A stretch of 28,073 nt of DNA from the NCBI GenBank assembly GCA_031366795.1, contig JANLOX010000341.1:1-28073 (forward strand). Direction: 5' to 3'. A model generated the notes under the pieces. The model saw only the letters and a list, made by a program, of their open reading frames with translations. It did no database searches and was not told where the DNA came from. Every line of letters begins with the position of its first letter. Within the stretch, counting starts at the first letter, position 1. This document shows, one piece after another, positions 1 to 9,738 of the stretch. Source of the stretch: Candidatus Eiseniibacteriota bacterium. GTDB taxonomy: Bacteria > Eisenbacteria > RBG-16-71-46. A program made the position numbers and the translations under genes.

Positions 1-1776
1 GGCATCCGCCAGCACCGCATCCTGCCCGGCAATTACTTCGTGCTGCGCAATTCGGCGGCTCCCGGGATCCTCACCGAGTCGTCTTACATCACGAATCCCG
101 ACGTGGAATCGAAGCTGGCGCTCGCCGCCAAGCAGCGGCTCGAAGCCGAGGCGTTGTACCTGGGGCTCGCCCACTACTTCGCGCGGTCGCGGCCGGTCGT
201 AGACGAATTCGCGGCGCGCAGCGCGCGCGATGCGGCGCCCGACAGCGTCTTCCGCGAGCGCTCCCCCGCGCTGCTCAGCGCCGCAATCTCGGGCCCCTAC
301 GACGCCAGCGAGATGCAACTCGATGGAGCGAGCTTGGCCGTCGTGCGCCACGGCCCGTTGCTGACCGCGAGCCTGCCGCCGCTTGAATCCGGCCCGCATG
401 TGGCACTTCTGCGCGTGCGGCTCGGGGGCTCGGGAGCAGCACCCGAGCAGCGGCTGGAGTTCCGTGTCGTGAGCGCGCCCAAGGCGGTTCGCTTCAGCGA
501 GCGGGGATCACGCGTGGATTCCAGCGGAGGCGTGAGTGCTGCGCGGCTCGAGGTGCTCGACGCTCGCGGCCTGCCGGTTCGCGACAGCGTGTGGGTGCGC
601 CTGCGCTCGGGCGACGCGGGTGTGACGCCGCACGACACGCTGGTGTGTGCCACCGACGGCGTGGCATGGGGCTACTTCCAGGTCGCGGCGAACACGAAGC
701 AGGCCGCGATCACGGCCCGCCTCGAAACGCAGGCGAGCGGCGCGGAGCGGCGCTGGTCCCCCGTGAGCCGCACTCCCCAGCACCGCGACTGCGCGATCGG
801 GTTCGCGTTGCTTGGCCCCGACGGCGTTCCCCTGGCGAATGCGCTGGGCACTCGCGAACCGCAGGCCCTGGGCGCCTGGATCAATCGCGATGGCTTCGTC
901 GTCTGCCCGCGCGACAGCGTCACGGGCTTCGTCTCGATCCCACGGCTGCCCGGCTACCGGATGTGGCCTTCCGAGGTGCGCTGGCCACCCCGCTTCACGG
1001 CGATCGCCGGGGGCGCCCTGCATGGCAAGCGGATCGTGCTGGATCCCGATGGCGGCGGCGACCAGGACGGCGGCACGGGCGTGAGCGGCACGCGCGCGGC
1101 CAACCTCAATCTCGACGTCGCGCGCGCGCTGGCCGGCATGCTGCAGGCGGCGGGCGCCGAAGTGATGCTGACGCGCAGCGGCGATCTGGCGCTGTCCGAT
1201 GTCGAGCGCGTGCAGCTGAGCGAGGCGTTCCATGCCGACCGCTTCGTGCGCATCGGCCACCGCGCCGAAGCTCCGATGGCGGGCTATTACTTCTCGAGCG
1301 CACCCGGGCGCCGCTGGGCCGAGCGCACCGTGAAGATGCTCGTAGCACTTGGGCTGGGCACGGTGCCGGTGGCCGAGGACGCCCAGTACCCGCTGCAGCA
1401 GACTTCGTGCCCCGCGCTGTACGTCTCAGCCGCGCGCATCGACGACGCCGCAGCCGAGGACAGACTGGTGGCGCCGGGGGCGCTGCGCGCCGAGGCTTAT
1501 GCAATCTACTGGGGGCTGATCGGCGAATGGAGCGAGACCGCGGAGCACTTCGACACCGCCACCGTGCGTGACGCCGCAGGGCAACCGCTGGCGGGCGCCA
1601 TCGTGACCCTCGGGCTCTCCACCTTGCTCGAGACCGGGCCCGAGGGAACCGTGCGGTTCGCGCGCAGCGAACCCGGGCCCATCGTGCTGGAAGCGGTCCG
1701 CGGGAAACTCCACGCGCGCCATGTTCTGCTAGAATCCGAATCGGGCGTAACCCTGATCGGGGCTGAGAGCCACTAG
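1..1776 (+). CDS. N-acetylmuramoyl-L-alanine amidase (Amidase_3), multidomain, 5'-truncated by the window edge
   Basis: Frame is open from base 1 (GIRQHRILPGNYFVLRNSAAPGILTESSYITNP), matching the end of an Amidase_3 domain including the catalytic Glu motif. Ig-like segments follow, then a second amidase-like domain (GKRIVLDPDGGG...NLDVARALAGMLQAAGAEVMLTRSGD...ER) and a C-terminal beta-sandwich (VRDAAGQPLAGAIV). Confidence 0.85.
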   Translation, partial: GIRQHRILPGNYFVLRNSAAPGILTESSYITNPDVESKLALAAKQRLEAEALYLGLAHYFARSRPVVDEFAARSARDAAPDSVFRERSPALLSAAISGPYDASEMQLDGASLAVVRHGPLLTASLPPLESGPHVALLRVRLGGSGAAPEQRLEFRVVSAPKAVRFSERGSRVDSSGGVSAARLEVLDARGLPVRDSVWVRLRSGDAGVTPHDTLVCATDGVAWGYFQVAANTKQAAITARLETQASGAERRWSPVSRTPQHRDCAIGFALLGPDGVPLANALGTREPQALGAWINRDGFVVCPRDSVTGFVSIPRLPGYRMWPSEVRWPPRFTAIAGGALHGKRIVLDPDGGGDQDGGTGVSGTRAANLNLDVARALAGMLQAAGAEVMLTRSGDLALSDVERVQLSEAFHADRFVRIGHRAEAPMAGYYFSSAPGRRWAERTVKMLVALGLGTVPVAEDAQYPLQQTSCPALYVSAARIDDAAAEDRLVAPGALRAEAYAIYWGLIGEWSETAEHFDTATVRDAAGQPLAGAIVTLGLSTLLETGPEGTVRFARSEPGPIVLEAVRGKLHARHVLLESESGVTLIGAESH

Positions 1777-1818
1777 ATTCATACTCGACGCGGGGGTGCC
1801 CTCCCGGAGCGGCCCCGC

Positions 1819-2502
1819 ATGGAACATGGCAGCATCGGTTATTTCGATGAGCGGCGGCGCAACACCCGCCGGCTCTCGGCGCTGTCCTTGTGCGTTGGGC
1901 TCGCGCTGCTCGCCCCCATTATCGTCTTGCGCGTGACGCCGCTCGGCTCACGGGTGCGCGATCTCAGCGTGATGCGCTTCGGCTTCGCGGGCGCTCCGCG
2001 CTTCATCGAGTTGATGCAGGTCGACGCCGAGCCCACCGACCTGCGTGACCTGCGTGATGTGGGACGCGTTACCCTCGAGTCCGGGCGCGAAGGCCGCAAG
2101 GGTCCGCGCGCGCGCACCGTCGAGCGCGACCTCGGCCGGCGCTCGAAGCAACTGCCGGGCGACCAGGCGGACGAGGGCCACGATCTCATCGCCCGCGCGA
2201 TCGCCAGCCGCGGCAGCGTACCGGTCATGCAATCGAGCGAACTGGTGATCGAAACGCTGGTGCGGCCCGTGTACCCGGAAGAGGCGCGCAACCGGAATAT
2301 CGAAGGCCACGTCGCCGTGCTGGCGCGCGTCGACACGCTGGGCAACGTGGCGGAGGCGGAGGTCATGACCCCGAGCGGCGAGAGTGTGCTCGATGTGGCC
2401 TCACGCAAAGCCGTCATGGGCTGCAAGTTCAAGCCGTTCCTGCGCGACGGCAAAGTCTCCCAGGTTTACGCGGTGTTCCGCTTCGCCTTCCGCATCTACT
2501 GA
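1819..2502 (+). CDS. Energy transducer TonB-family protein (TonB C-terminal domain)
   Basis: N-terminal TM segment; C-terminal PVYPEEARNRNIEGHVAVLARVDTLGNV...LD.AS..AV...KFKP...GK, typical of TonB_C. Confidence 0.85.
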   Translation: MEHGSIGYFDERRRNTRRLSALSLCVGLALLAPIIVLRVTPLGSRVRDLSVMRFGFAGAPRFIELMQVDAEPTDLRDLRDVGRVTLESGREGRKGPRARTVERDLGRRSKQLPGDQADEGHDLIARAIASRGSVPVMQSSELVIETLVRPVYPEEARNRNIEGHVAVLARVDTLGNVAEAEVMTPSGESVLDVASRKAVMGCKFKPFLRDGKVSQVYAVFRFAFRIY

Positions 2503-3971
2503 CGCACCGCGCGGCCTTCGCTGATCATGAACACCGGCAACAGGGCGCCTTCCGGGGCGACCGCCAGCAAGTGCTGCGAAGTCCCGCTCGCGGGCCCAAG
2601 CTTCGCCAACGCGGCGCCGATTTCGCCGGGCGTCGCAGCACCCGTCGCGAGTACCCGGCCCACGGCGCGCCCGGCGATCCAGCCGCGAACATGCATCGCG
2701 CCGGCCGGCCCTGAGCCCAGCGCCTCGAGCCCGCGCGCGAGTTCCGCGCTTGCCTCGGGCGTGAGCAGCCAGTCCTCGCCCGCGTAGCGGACGCCCTCGA
2801 GGAACACACGCGTCTCACGATGATGGCGCACCGGGTCAAAGCCATCGCCCCCGCAGATACGCAGCGAGACGCGATCGCGCGTCAGCTGCCGCAGCAGGGG
2901 TGCTGCCTCGCTGGCATCGCCATCCCAGAACAGCACCGTGATGCGTTGGGTCACCAGCGCGCGCGCTTCCGCGGCGAAGCTGGCGTTGCCCGGCGCGTAG
3001 CCAAGACGCGTCACGAACGTGGCACCCCGCGCACGGCAGGCGACGGCGAAACCAGCGGCGAAGGCCGTGTCGGCCGTATTCGACGTGATCGCCGCGATGC
3101 GGTCGCCCTGACCGATCTCCATTGCGGCCGCGAGTGCGACGCCACGCACGACCGCGGCGGGACCGAGCGACCAGGCGTTGGGCGAGAGGCGCCCCGCCGC
3201 CTCATCGTCCACGGCCGGCAGCAGCGCAGGCAAGCCGCTCCAGCGCGAGGCCGCCGCGAGCAACTGCGCTGAGGCTCTCGTGAAACCCCCGCACACCATT
3301 CCCGCGCTGCGCTGCAACGAGTCGAACGCCGCAGCAACATCGGCGGGATCGTCCCGCACGGTACGCGCGACCATCAGCCCGAACGGGGGCCGCGACGGCG
3401 GCGTGCGCGATGCGAGACCAAGGGCGAACCCTACGTTCAACTCCTCCGCATCCTCCGCGTGGTCGCCGATCGCGGGCAGCAGCATGCCGATGCGATAGGC
3501 CGAATGGGGCGCGCCGGCAACCGCGGAGGCAGCAGCGCTGCCGCGGCGCGGGGCCACAAGCGCCAGCCTCGCGGCCAAGCGCGACCGCAACTCGGCGCGG
3601 TCCGCACCGGCGCGGGACAGCGCTGCTTCGAGCGCAGGCGCCTCAAGGTCACCCAGGACATCCGGCTCGCGACGCAGCACGTACATCAGGTCCTCGAGCG
3701 GGGCCGACTTGGCCCAGGCACGGAATGCCGTGAGCCGCGCGGGCGAGCGCTCGAACGCGCTCACCAGCGAATCGGCGCCGGCCCACGAATGCGGCACCGG
3801 GATCGTGGCGTGTGCAGCGGTCGCCGCGCGAGTGATTGGCATCACGAGCAATATGGCCGTGAGGAGGCCGAGGAGCGCCGGCCGGGATCGCGGTGGCGCC
3901 CAACTCCGCAGGTACCGCGGGCAGTGAATTCCCTTGCCGAATAGGCGGATGGAACCTGGGCTCATCATCAT
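2496..3971 (-). CDS. Exported type-1 periplasmic-binding-protein-fold protein (ABC substrate-binding / LpoA-LppC-like); start uncertain
   Basis: Hydrophobic signal-like segment, then RIGMLLP..G and Y.PG..SF motifs typical of PBP type-1 (Leu-binding/LppC) domains. Stop overlaps the convergent TonB gene by 7 nt. Confidence 0.65.
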   Translation of the reverse strand: MMMSPGSIRLFGKGIHCPRYLRSWAPPRSRPALLGLLTAILLVMPITRAATAAHATIPVPHSWAGADSLVSAFERSPARLTAFRAWAKSAPLEDLMYVLRREPDVLGDLEAPALEAALSRAGADRAELRSRLAARLALVAPRRGSAAASAVAGAPHSAYRIGMLLPAIGDHAEDAEELNVGFALGLASRTPPSRPPFGLMVARTVRDDPADVAAAFDSLQRSAGMVCGGFTRASAQLLAAASRWSGLPALLPAVDDEAAGRLSPNAWSLGPAAVVRGVALAAAMEIGQGDRIAAITSNTADTAFAAGFAVACRARGATFVTRLGYAPGNASFAAEARALVTQRITVLFWDGDASEAAPLLRQLTRDRVSLRICGGDGFDPVRHHRETRVFLEGVRYAGEDWLLTPEASAELARGLEALGSGPAGAMHVRGWIAGRAVGRVLATGAATPGEIGAALAKLGPASGTSQHLLAVAPEGALLPVFMISEGRAVRQ

Positions 3972-4046
3972 AAGGGCGCTCCCTCGCCCAACGCGGGTGC
4001 GAACAGCGTGGCGGACGTGCGGCCCCGCGCTCGCGCACGCGCGCGC

Positions 4047-4565
4047 TTACATCTGGAACTTGCCGAAGTCTTCCGGGTTCAGCCGCTCGAGGAAACGCCG
4101 CAACTGCTCGGCCTTTTCTTCGTCCGTAAGCTCGGGGGCCGGCGGCTCGTCCGCCTCGCGCTCCCCGTCCGGCTGCGGCAACTGCAGCAGCTTGTCGTTG
4201 ACGTAGATCGGGGCTTTGGTGCGCAACGCCACCGCAATGGAATCGGATGGCCGCGCATCGATCGACAGTAATTCGTCGTCGCGCATGATCATGATCGAAG
4301 CGTAGAACGTGTTGTCACGCATGTCCGAGATCACGATGCGCGTGACGCGGCCTTTAAGCCCTTCGATCGCCAGCGCGATCAGGTCGTGCGTGAGCGGTCG
4401 GGGGAACGGCTCCTCTGCGAGGATCCGCCGGATGGCTTGCGCTTCACCAGGGCCGATCCAGATCGGCAGGATGCGCTCGCCCGCGACCTCGCGCAGCACC
4501 ACGACATTCTGCTGAGTCTTCGGCTCGAGTATCAGCCCGTTGACCTTGGCCTCGACGACGTTCAC
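4047..4565 (-). CDS. Bifunctional nuclease family protein (DUF151/BFN)
   Basis: Family motifs LPIWIG..EA, RPLTHDL, FYA, IDARPSDSIAVALR...PIYV; GTG start with upstream AAAGGGAG. Confidence 0.92.
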   Translation of the reverse strand: MNVVEAKVNGLILEPKTQQNVVVLREVAGERILPIWIGPGEAQAIRRILAEEPFPRPLTHDLIALAIEGLKGRVTRIVISDMRDNTFYASIMIMRDDELLSIDARPSDSIAVALRTKAPIYVNDKLLQLPQPDGEREADEPPAPELTDEEKAEQLRRFLERLNPEDFGKFQM

Positions 4566-4633
4566 GGTCGCAACCGCTCCCTTTCAGGCACCCGCACGGC
4601 CATGAGCGGGCGCACTTCGCAATGTGAGGCTCG

Positions 4634-5923
4634 CTACGGCTTGTGCGTCGGGTTCTGCTTGGGCTTCTGTCCGGCCTTGCCTGAACCGTCGGCCGCATCC
4701 GGCGTCATGTTGATGAACGCCGGCGCTTCCTCGGAGCGCATGTGATCGATCATCCACTGCGCCGAAGGCGCCAATTCCGCCTTCGGGTAGTGAGCGAGCA
4801 ACGTCTTGAAGGCCGTCGTCGCCTCGTCGTAGTTCTTGAGTTCTTCCGAATTGATGAAGCCGATCATGAACTGCCCCTGCGCGCTCACGTCGCTGTCCGG
4901 GTAATCCTCGAGCAACTTGCGGTAGGCGGCGATCCGCTGGTCCGCCGGCCCCAGCGCCTGCGCGTCGTTGAACATCTCGCGCGCCGTGCGGCGCGACGAC
5001 ATGAAGTTGCGAATCGCGATCGAGTCCGGCACCACGCCCTGCGCCTTGCGCGCCGAGTCGAGCTGCGACTTGTAGAAGTCCTGCTGCCGCTGCGAACCGA
5101 GCTGCCGCGAAATCAACGGCTTCACCTGGTCGAACGGCCGCGTCGACTCGGGCTTCACCTGGTCTACGCGGATCACGTGCCAGCCCTTGTCGGTCTTGTA
5201 TGGCCCGCCAATCTGGCTTTCCTTGAGCGCGAACGCCGACTCGGCGAGCGCGGGCTGCATGCCCAACGTGCCGAATGCGCCATCACGCGTGATGACCCCG
5301 AGATTGCCGCCGGTATTGCGCGTCAGCGAATCGGTCGACGACTTCTTCGCCAGCGCCACCCAGTCCTGGCCGCCCTTGGCCCACGCCTTCACACGCTTGG
5401 CATCGGCTTCCGTTTTCGACTGGATCTGCCGCACGCTGATCGTCGCCGGGACATGGAAGTCGGCGGGATGCGAGTCGTAATACGCCTTGGCGTCGTCGTC
5501 CGACACCGCGGGGTTCTTGGTCATCAACTCGTTGAGGTAGGTGCGGATCAGCAGGTCGCGACGCTGCTGGTCGATCTGCTGCTTCACTTCCGCGCGGTTG
5601 GCAACGCCGTGACGCTGGGCCTCGGTGAGCCACACGCGCTCTTCGACCATGCGGTCCAGCAACTGCTGGCGGCCCTCGGGCGTCGTGTAGTTGCTGCGGA
5701 ATTGTTCGGGCAGGGACAGGATGCGCCGTTGCACGTCGCCGCGCGTGATGGCCTCGCGGCCGAAACGCACCAGCACTTCGTTCGAGTCAGGCGTGGACGA
5801 CACACGGGCCGGGCGGGCCGCCCGCTTCGCGGCCGGGCGAGCGGGAACTGCGACCGCGGAACACATGGCGACCAGGGCCAGCACAGCCGCCATCACAGCA
5901 ATACGGGCAATGAGCGCCTTCAT
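4634..5923 (-). CDS. Exported parvulin-type peptidyl-prolyl isomerase/chaperone (SurA/PrsA-like) with C-terminal TPR domain
   Basis: Signal peptide MKALIARIAVMAAVLAL...; ATG at 5923 overlaps the rplI stop (ATGA). SurA-N-like helical region, rotamase motifs (S.D...GGNLG, GPYKTDKGWHVIRV), TPR pair (LL.DYPDS...A.FMIG...L..Y.EA...F..LL..YP). Confidence 0.85.
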   Translation of the reverse strand: MKALIARIAVMAAVLALVAMCSAVAVPARPAAKRAARPARVSSTPDSNEVLVRFGREAITRGDVQRRILSLPEQFRSNYTTPEGRQQLLDRMVEERVWLTEAQRHGVANRAEVKQQIDQQRRDLLIRTYLNELMTKNPAVSDDDAKAYYDSHPADFHVPATISVRQIQSKTEADAKRVKAWAKGGQDWVALAKKSSTDSLTRNTGGNLGVITRDGAFGTLGMQPALAESAFALKESQIGGPYKTDKGWHVIRVDQVKPESTRPFDQVKPLISRQLGSQRQQDFYKSQLDSARKAQGVVPDSIAIRNFMSSRRTAREMFNDAQALGPADQRIAAYRKLLEDYPDSDVSAQGQFMIGFINSEELKNYDEATTAFKTLLAHYPKAELAPSAQWMIDHMRSEEAPAFINMTPDAADGSGKAGQKPKQNPTHKP

Positions 5924-6363
5924 GGACGGACGACCCACACTTTGACGTTGGCCGTGACGTCGCCATAGATACGCAGCGTGACGTCGTAGAGGCCCAGCTG
6001 CTTGATATGCTCCGGCAGCTGCACCTGGTGACGGTCCACCTTGTGGCCGGCCTTGACGAGCGCTTCGACGATTTCGGTTTCGGTGACCGACCCAAACAGC
6101 GTGTCTTCTTCATTGGCGGCCGCCGGGATATTCACCTCGGCGCCATTGACCTGCTTGGCCACTTCGCGCGCCACGATCAGCCGCTTGTCTTCCTGCACCT
6201 CACGCTGGCGCTGGAGTTCCTTGTAGAGGTTCGAGGCGTTCTTGGTCGCCGCGATCGCCAGCTTGCGCGGCAACAGGTAATTGCGGGCGAAGCCCGGCTT
6301 GACGTTGACCACGGCGCCCTTGTTGCCGAGCCCCGAGACGTCTTCCACGAGAATGATTTCCAT
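5920..6363 (-). CDS. rplI: 50S ribosomal protein L9
   Basis: MEIILVEDV..LG..G.VV.VKPGFARNYLLP and LFGSVT motifs; AAGGAG RBS. Confidence 0.98.
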   Translation of the reverse strand: MEIILVEDVSGLGNKGAVVNVKPGFARNYLLPRKLAIAATKNASNLYKELQRQREVQEDKRLIVAREVAKQVNGAEVNIPAAANEEDTLFGSVTETEIVEALVKAGHKVDRHQVQLPEHIKQLGLYDVTLRIYGDVTANVKVWVVRP

Positions 6364-6385
6364 GATGCGGATCTCCTTGCGATCG

Positions 6386-7372
6386 CTATGAATCTTCCGC
6401 TTGCACCGCGGGTTCGAGTTTCCTGTAATCCAGCCACATGTCGCTGATGCCCACCACGAAAGCGGCGACGGCGAACGCGGGCAATGCCATCAACGACATG
6501 AACAACAGCATGATCACGACCACCGTCAGCGGCACACCGCGCGCCAGAGCCAAGGATTCTACGACCCCGATCCCCTGCACTCCAAACCCCAGTGCCACGT
6601 TGAGCAACAATGTCCAACCCGTCGCCGACCACGCCGGCAACGGCGCCAGCAACAACGCCAGCCCGGCGAGAAACAGCCACAGCGCGCCATCCGGCAGCCG
6701 CCAGCGGGCCACCGATGCCCGTGAAACCGGCGGCCAGCGCATCGCCTGCGCCGCCCGCGTTCCGAGCGACCGCCCGGCCATCACCAGCACCAGCATCCAC
6801 AGGAAGATCGCCGAAGGCAGCAACTGCGGCAGCACCTGCGCCCGCAACTTCCCCTGTTCGGCGAGCGACGTCTCCAGCAACTTCTGCTGGTCCCCCGCGT
6901 ACCCGAGTTGTCGCGTCAACTGCACGAACTGTGTGTCTCCCGCGAGCAACTGACGGTCCACATGACGCACCAGCGATGCGTAAGGCATTACCCACGGCAA
7001 CGCCGCCGCGAGCAACAACACCGGCAACAACATCCCGGCGCGCGCCCCCAGGGGCGGCCCCTCGCCTTCTTCACGCAATCCCATCCACAACCCGGTCAGC
7101 GAGGCGACGGGAATCCACCATGCCCACACCGCCATCGGTCCCGCCACGATCAGCACCGTGACGAACGCGACGATGGGCACGACGACTCCACGCGCTCCGA
7201 ACCGCCACCCCGCCAGCAGCGAGGCAGCCACAACGACCGGCACTGCGATCCACAACAGCGCCCACGACGTGGGCGTCTGCGCTGACAGCAGCGCCAGCAA
7301 CACCAACAGCAACCCGCTTCGCAGCCATGACGGTGCGGTGCGGGAGCGTGCGGCGCTAGCGGTAGATGTCAC
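6386..7372 (-). CDS. DUF2232 (YybS-like) integral membrane protein
   Basis: Multiple TM segments, W.LP and QG motifs, C-terminal G.SD.WLDYRK; sits between rpsR and rplI, the usual position for this family. Confidence 0.8.
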   Translation of the reverse strand: MTSTASAARSRTAPSWLRSGLLLVLLALLSAQTPTSWALLWIAVPVVVAASLLAGWRFGARGVVVPIVAFVTVLIVAGPMAVWAWWIPVASLTGLWMGLREEGEGPPLGARAGMLLPVLLLAAALPWVMPYASLVRHVDRQLLAGDTQFVQLTRQLGYAGDQQKLLETSLAEQGKLRAQVLPQLLPSAIFLWMLVLVMAGRSLGTRAAQAMRWPPVSRASVARWRLPDGALWLFLAGLALLLAPLPAWSATGWTLLLNVALGFGVQGIGVVESLALARGVPLTVVVIMLLFMSLMALPAFAVAAFVVGISDMWLDYRKLEPAVQAEDS

Positions 7373-7598
7373 TACTGAACGGCAGCAGGGCCAAAATCCG
7401 CGCGCGCTTGATCGCGGTGGTCAGCTGCTTCTGGTGCCGCGCGCAAGTGCCCGACACGCGCCGCGGAACGATCTTGCCGCGATCCGTGACGAACCGGCCG
7501 AGCCGCTTCTCGTCCTTGTAGTCCACGGCGCTGACCTTCTCGAGGCACAACTTGCAGTACTTCTTCTTGAATCCCCGTCCTTCTCGCTCTTTCGCCAT
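7356..7598 (-). CDS. rpsR: 30S ribosomal protein S18 (Zn-ribbon C+ form)
   Basis: KKKYCKLC...VDYKD...[37 protein letters not shown] at 7598 with AAGGAG RBS (7610-7615). Confidence 0.97.
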   Translation of the reverse strand: MAKEREGRGFKKKYCKLCLEKVSAVDYKDEKRLGRFVTDRGKIVPRRVSGTCARHQKQLTTAIKRARILALLPFSSDIYR

Positions 7599-7629
7599 CG
7601 TGTTCCGATCTCCTTGCCACACCGCGGCG

Positions 7630-8040
7630 CTAGAATAGCTCGCCCTCGGTGGGTTGTGCGTGCGACGAATCGTCGCCCGCGTCCGTCCGTCCGCTGGCCC
7701 GGTCGAGGAAGTGCACCAGGTCTGCGCGCACCTCCAGCCCTTGCCGCTTGGCTCCCTGCGGAGTGGTCCACTCGCGCATCTGGAGCCGGCCTTCCACCAA
7801 CACGGCGCTGCCTTTCCGGAGGTGCTGGCTGCATACTTCAGCCGTCCGCTGGTAAGTCAACACCGTGACGTATCCCGTCTGTTCCGCCGGCGTTCCCTCC
7901 CGGCTGCGGTAGCGGCGGTGGAACGCGAGCTCGAGTTGCGTGATCGCCGTGCCATCACCCGCGAACCGTCCGTCGGGGTCCCGAGTCAGGCGACCGCTCA
8001 GGATTACCCGGTTGACTTCAGGCAGTCTGAGTTCGGTCAC
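7630..8040 (-). CDS. ssb: Single-stranded DNA-binding protein
   Basis: [34 protein letters not shown]; lies in the rpsF-ssb-rpsR context; GTG start with AGGAGG RBS. Confidence 0.92.
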   Translation of the reverse strand: MTELRLPEVNRVILSGRLTRDPDGRFAGDGTAITQLELAFHRRYRSREGTPAEQTGYVTVLTYQRTAEVCSQHLRKGSAVLVEGRLQMREWTTPQGAKRQGLEVRADLVHFLDRASGRTDAGDDSSHAQPTEGELF

Positions 8041-8057
8041 AAGCCCCTCCTTATTCG

Positions 8058-8405
8058 TTATTCGTCCGCATCCTCGGCCGCGGCTGCGACGGCGTCAGGA
8101 TCGAGTGCGGGGGCTTCGATCGGCACGTGTTCCACGCTGAGCACCCGCAGCACCAATTCACCCAGCCGCATGCGGCGCTCGATTTCGCGCACCACCGGTC
8201 CCGGGCTCTCGTGCAGGATGTACGTGTAGATGCCGTCGCGCTTCTTGTTGATCTCGTAGGACAAGCGGCGCTTGCCCCAGCGCTGGACTTCCAGCACCTG
8301 GCCACCCAGCTCGGTGATCCAGGTGGAGACCTTCTCGACTTCTTCATTGACCCGCGTCTCGTCGAGACCGGGCTCGAGGATGAACGTCGTTTCATATTTG
8401 ATCAC
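8058..8405 (-). CDS. rpsF: 30S ribosomal protein S6
   Basis: YET.FIL.P, WGKRRLSYEI.K..DG.Y; GTG overlaps the pth stop (GTGA); GGAGG RBS. Confidence 0.97.
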   Translation of the reverse strand: MIKYETTFILEPGLDETRVNEEVEKVSTWITELGGQVLEVQRWGKRRLSYEINKKRDGIYTYILHESPGPVVREIERRMRLGELVLRVLSVEHVPIEAPALDPDAVAAAAEDADE

Positions 8406-8989
8406 GGTTCTGAAACCTCCCTGGGCACCCTTCGATTGATGCGATTCATCGCAGCGATGATGCCCTCGACCAACCAGTACTCCACGGTTTCCGCAGCCTG
8501 CGCCTTAGTCCGCTCAAGCAACGCGGCCTCGTCTTCAAGCGGCGCTTCGAGCACGTGTTCACGCAGTCGCGACGCCGTTACGGATCCCACTCCCATGCGC
8601 AGCCTCGCGAACTCCCGCGTGGCCAGCGCCTGTTCTATTGACTTGAGCCCATTGTGGCCGCCGCTGGATCCTGAGGCGCGCAGCCTCAGGTGCCCCGCGG
8701 GCAAGTAGACATCGTCGGCCACCACCAGCAACTCCGGGGTCTCGAGTCCGTGCTGGTCCCGGTACGCCGTCACTGCCTCGCCGCTGCGATTCATCCAGGT
8801 ACTCGGCTCAAGCAGTGTCACGGTGTGACCGTGAACCATTGCATTCCAGCTGCGGTATTCGGCTTGGGGACCGCCCGGCAACGCCTTCCAGCGCCGCGCG
8901 AGTTCTTTCACCACCCACCCACCCGCGTTGTGGCGCGTGCCGGCGTATTCCGGTCCCGGATTGCCGAGTCCCACAACCAACAATGCCAC
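8402..8989 (-). CDS. pth: Peptidyl-tRNA hydrolase
   Basis: VGLGNPG.EY..TRHNAG, TWMNRSG, GSSGGHNGLKSI, RLR.GVG. Confidence 0.96.
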   Translation of the reverse strand: MALLVVGLGNPGPEYAGTRHNAGGWVVKELARRWKALPGGPQAEYRSWNAMVHGHTVTLLEPSTWMNRSGEAVTAYRDQHGLETPELLVVADDVYLPAGHLRLRASGSSGGHNGLKSIEQALATREFARLRMGVGSVTASRLREHVLEAPLEDEAALLERTKAQAAETVEYWLVEGIIAAMNRINRRVPREVSEP

Positions 8990-8992
8990 GCA

Positions 8993-9670
8993 TTACCCCT
9001 TCGTCTTGGGCTTCTCCTTCTTGTCGTCTTCGCCTTCTTCCTTCTTGCCCTTCGCCCCGACCACTTCAGGCTCGGCGACCACGGCCGCCGCATCACCGGC
9101 CGGCTTGTCTTCCTGGACCGTCGGCGCCACCACCGTCGCCACCGTGGTATCCGGGTCGCTGATGATCGTGATTCCCTCGGCCTTCAAGTCGCGGATGTGC
9201 AGGGATTCGCCCACCGCGAGCTTCGAGACATCGAGATCGAGCGACGGCGGGATGGCCGTCGGCAGGCAGCGCACCTCGACTTCGCGCGTGATGTGCTCGA
9301 GCACGCCACCGGCGTCCTTGACGCCCACGGCGATACCCACGAGGTGAATGTTCACCTTGACCTGCACCGTCTCGGTCAGCGAGATGTGCTGGAAGTCGAG
9401 ATGCAGGATGTTGTGCGTGATGGGGTCATACTGGACGTCGCGGATCAGCGCCGTGTACTCGCCCGGGTTGAGCGCGAGGTTGACGATCACGTTGCCGCCC
9501 TTGTGCTGCAGCAACGCCAGTTCGAGTTCGCGGGCGCTGATATTGACGGGGACGGGCGTTTCGCCGTGCCCATAGATGATGGACGGAATGTTTCCCGCCG
9601 CACGGGACTTGCGCGCGCCGCCCTTGCCTATGCTGGGCCTGCGTTCGCCCTTCAATTGAATGACTGCCAT
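8993..9670 (-). CDS. rplY: 50S ribosomal protein L25 / general stress protein Ctc (long form)
   Basis: GKG.AR..R..G.IP.IIYG, HLDF, GVK..GG.L, CLPTAIP; C-terminal EPEV..KGKKEE; AAGGAGG RBS. Confidence 0.97.
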   Translation of the reverse strand: MAVIQLKGERRPSIGKGGARKSRAAGNIPSIIYGHGETPVPVNISARELELALLQHKGGNVIVNLALNPGEYTALIRDVQYDPITHNILHLDFQHISLTETVQVKVNIHLVGIAVGVKDAGGVLEHITREVEVRCLPTAIPPSLDLDVSKLAVGESLHIRDLKAEGITIISDPDTTVATVVAPTVQEDKPAGDAAAVVAEPEVVGAKGKKEEGEDDKKEKPKTKG

Positions 9671-9738
9671 GAATCCTCCTTGCGTGATGCGCTCCCCGGG
9701 GAGTTGCCCCGCGGGCTTCGAAGGGCGCTCTCGGCGCC

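Noticed and set aside
6386..7372. TTG/GTG-rich codon usage of the DUF2232 gene as a sign of horizontal transfer
   Set aside because: It is explained by Leu/Val-rich membrane composition, and the gene sits at its usual rpsR-rplI position.
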